In this document: positions 62,948-64,000 of the stretch, one piece after another
Layout: every line of letters begins with the position of its first letter
How positions within the stretch are numbered: the first letter of the stretch is position 1
Assembly (NCBI GenBank): GCA_965222155.1
Contig: CBDCTH010000012.1
Location: forward strand, 128,001 to 192,000
Source of the DNA: Gammaproteobacteria bacterium
Lineage (GTDB): Bacteria > Pseudomonadota > Gammaproteobacteria > Eutrophobiales > Eutrophobiaceae
Direction: 5' to 3'
DNA length: 64,000 nucleotides
Notes under the pieces: generated by a model
Database searches by the model: none
What the model was told of the DNA's origin: nothing
Seen by the model: only the letters and a program-made list of their open reading frames with translations
Program-made: the position numbers and the translations under genes

Positions 62948-63006
62948 GGCGTCATTAAAATATCAGCAACTTGCTCTATTATACATAATTCTGGTCGGGG
63001 GGACGG

Positions 63007-63055
63007 CATAAATTCCAACACATAAATTCCAACACATAAATTCCACATATATTCC
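63007..63055. repeat. 14-bp tandem repeat (cataaattccaaca) attached to a half palindrome
   Basis: follows ggggggacgg; about 3.5 decaying units. Confidence 0.75.
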
Positions 63056-63291
63056 ATTTACGACGCCGTTAGCTTGCCCATGCTAATTCTGACAACTGTT
63101 TCACGGTAATACTGTATTGAGCGTGCCAATAGACATCCTGTTTTCTAGCAGACTGCCGGACTTTAGCAATGCATAACTTGTAACTATCTGATTTATAAGA
63201 ATATTAATAAATGATATATCTATTTGCCGGTATGACCGCTGGCGCCGTAAACGACGACCTGGTAATCAGTGCTCATCAGGTACTCCTTTTA

Positions 63292-64000
63292 TTAAGCTTG
63301 TTCGGTATAGATGTTGTTGGCGTCCGCTGCAAAAGCGTCCAGCAGAAAGCGTTCCTGTGGTTTTTCCGAAGCAGTCTTGGGGATCTCATCCACCACTTGC
63401 AGATAGCTCGGAATGAAATTGGCTTCGAGCTTGTCACGGCACAGTGCAAAAACGCTCTGGGCGTCGAAGGCTGTACCTTTTTCTGCGACAACTGCGGCCA
63501 CCACGTCTTTTTCTCCGGGCGCACCGGATGCGGCTTTAACGCCGTACACAAAGACATCGGCCACCAGCGGACTTTCCGCAACGGCTTTTTCGACAAAGCC
63601 GGGATTGATGAAGTCACCATTGTGCCGGATGCTACCGCCGGCGCGATATTCGAAGAAAAGCCAACCATCTTCATCGCAGTGACCGATATCGCCACTGCGC
63701 AACCACCCGCCGCGGGTCTTTTTCTCCGAGGCTTCGGGGCTTTTCAGGTAGTCGACGACTGGCGCCGAGCCGTCTGCGAACCGAAAGATAATCTCGCCCG
63801 ACTCATTCGGTGCACATACGTTGTCGTCCGCGTCGACGATCCGCATCTCCAGTCCCGGTGCCGGTTTACCACAGCTGCCTATCGGCCCCTCGTCGATGGG
63901 CTTGATGGTGAGCCCACCTTCGCTGGCTCCGTAGAATTCCATGACCCGCAGGTCGAAGCGGCGTTCGAAGTTCTCCCAGATCGCTTCCGGCATGCCGGCA
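63292..64000 (-). CDS. AMP-binding acyl-CoA ligase, C-terminal part (starts outside the window)
   Basis: EFYGASEG, GSCGKP, WLRSGD, IPKTASEKPQ. Confidence 0.88.
   Translation of the reverse strand, partial: AGMPEAIWENFERRFDLRVMEFYGASEGGLTIKPIDEGPIGSCGKPAPGLEMRIVDADDNVCAPNESGEIIFRFADGSAPVVDYLKSPEASEKKTRGGWLRSGDIGHCDEDGWLFFEYRAGGSIRHNGDFINPGFVEKAVAESPLVADVFVYGVKAASGAPGEKDVVAAVVAEKGTAFDAQSVFALCRDKLEANFIPSYLQVVDEIPKTASEKPQERFLLDAFAADANNIYTEQA

Overview
Chromosomal window of a moderately GC-rich Gammaproteobacterium. A host-associated marine lifestyle (e.g. sponge symbiont) is only inferred from the gene content. The housekeeping backbone is prmB, aroC, tldD, hom-thrC, recJ-prfB-lysS, argG and aceEF. 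Interleaved with it are aromatic/amine catabolism genes (nbaC, paaI/paaZ/paaK, a TTQ amine dehydrogenase without mauDEG, a deacetylase, a Rieske oxygenase, two TonB receptors), an orphan soxCD pair, an HvfA/DUF692/DUF2063 RiPP locus with 13 EGKCG repeats, and four toxin-antitoxin loci, three of them damaged. The intergenic DNA carries several repeat families: GGGGAC..GTCCCC palindromes, GTCATTCC-type REPs, a ~175 bp MITE with 9-bp target duplications that lands in hairpins, and 9-bp-periodic inverted arms. The strongest candidates for undescribed biology are: (1) a GxxExxY nuclease-fold gene bracketed by ~32-bp terminal inverted repeats, with gene-less copies of the same arms elsewhere in the window; (2) an ~11 kb island between paaZ and paaK encoding three paralogous secreted Cys-rich proteins with a tendamistat-like pattern; (3) in the same island, an FG-GAP/RTX giant protein whose translationally coupled leader ORF contains a C20 slippage tract. 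No rRNA, tRNA, CRISPR array, integrase or full-length transposase was seen.
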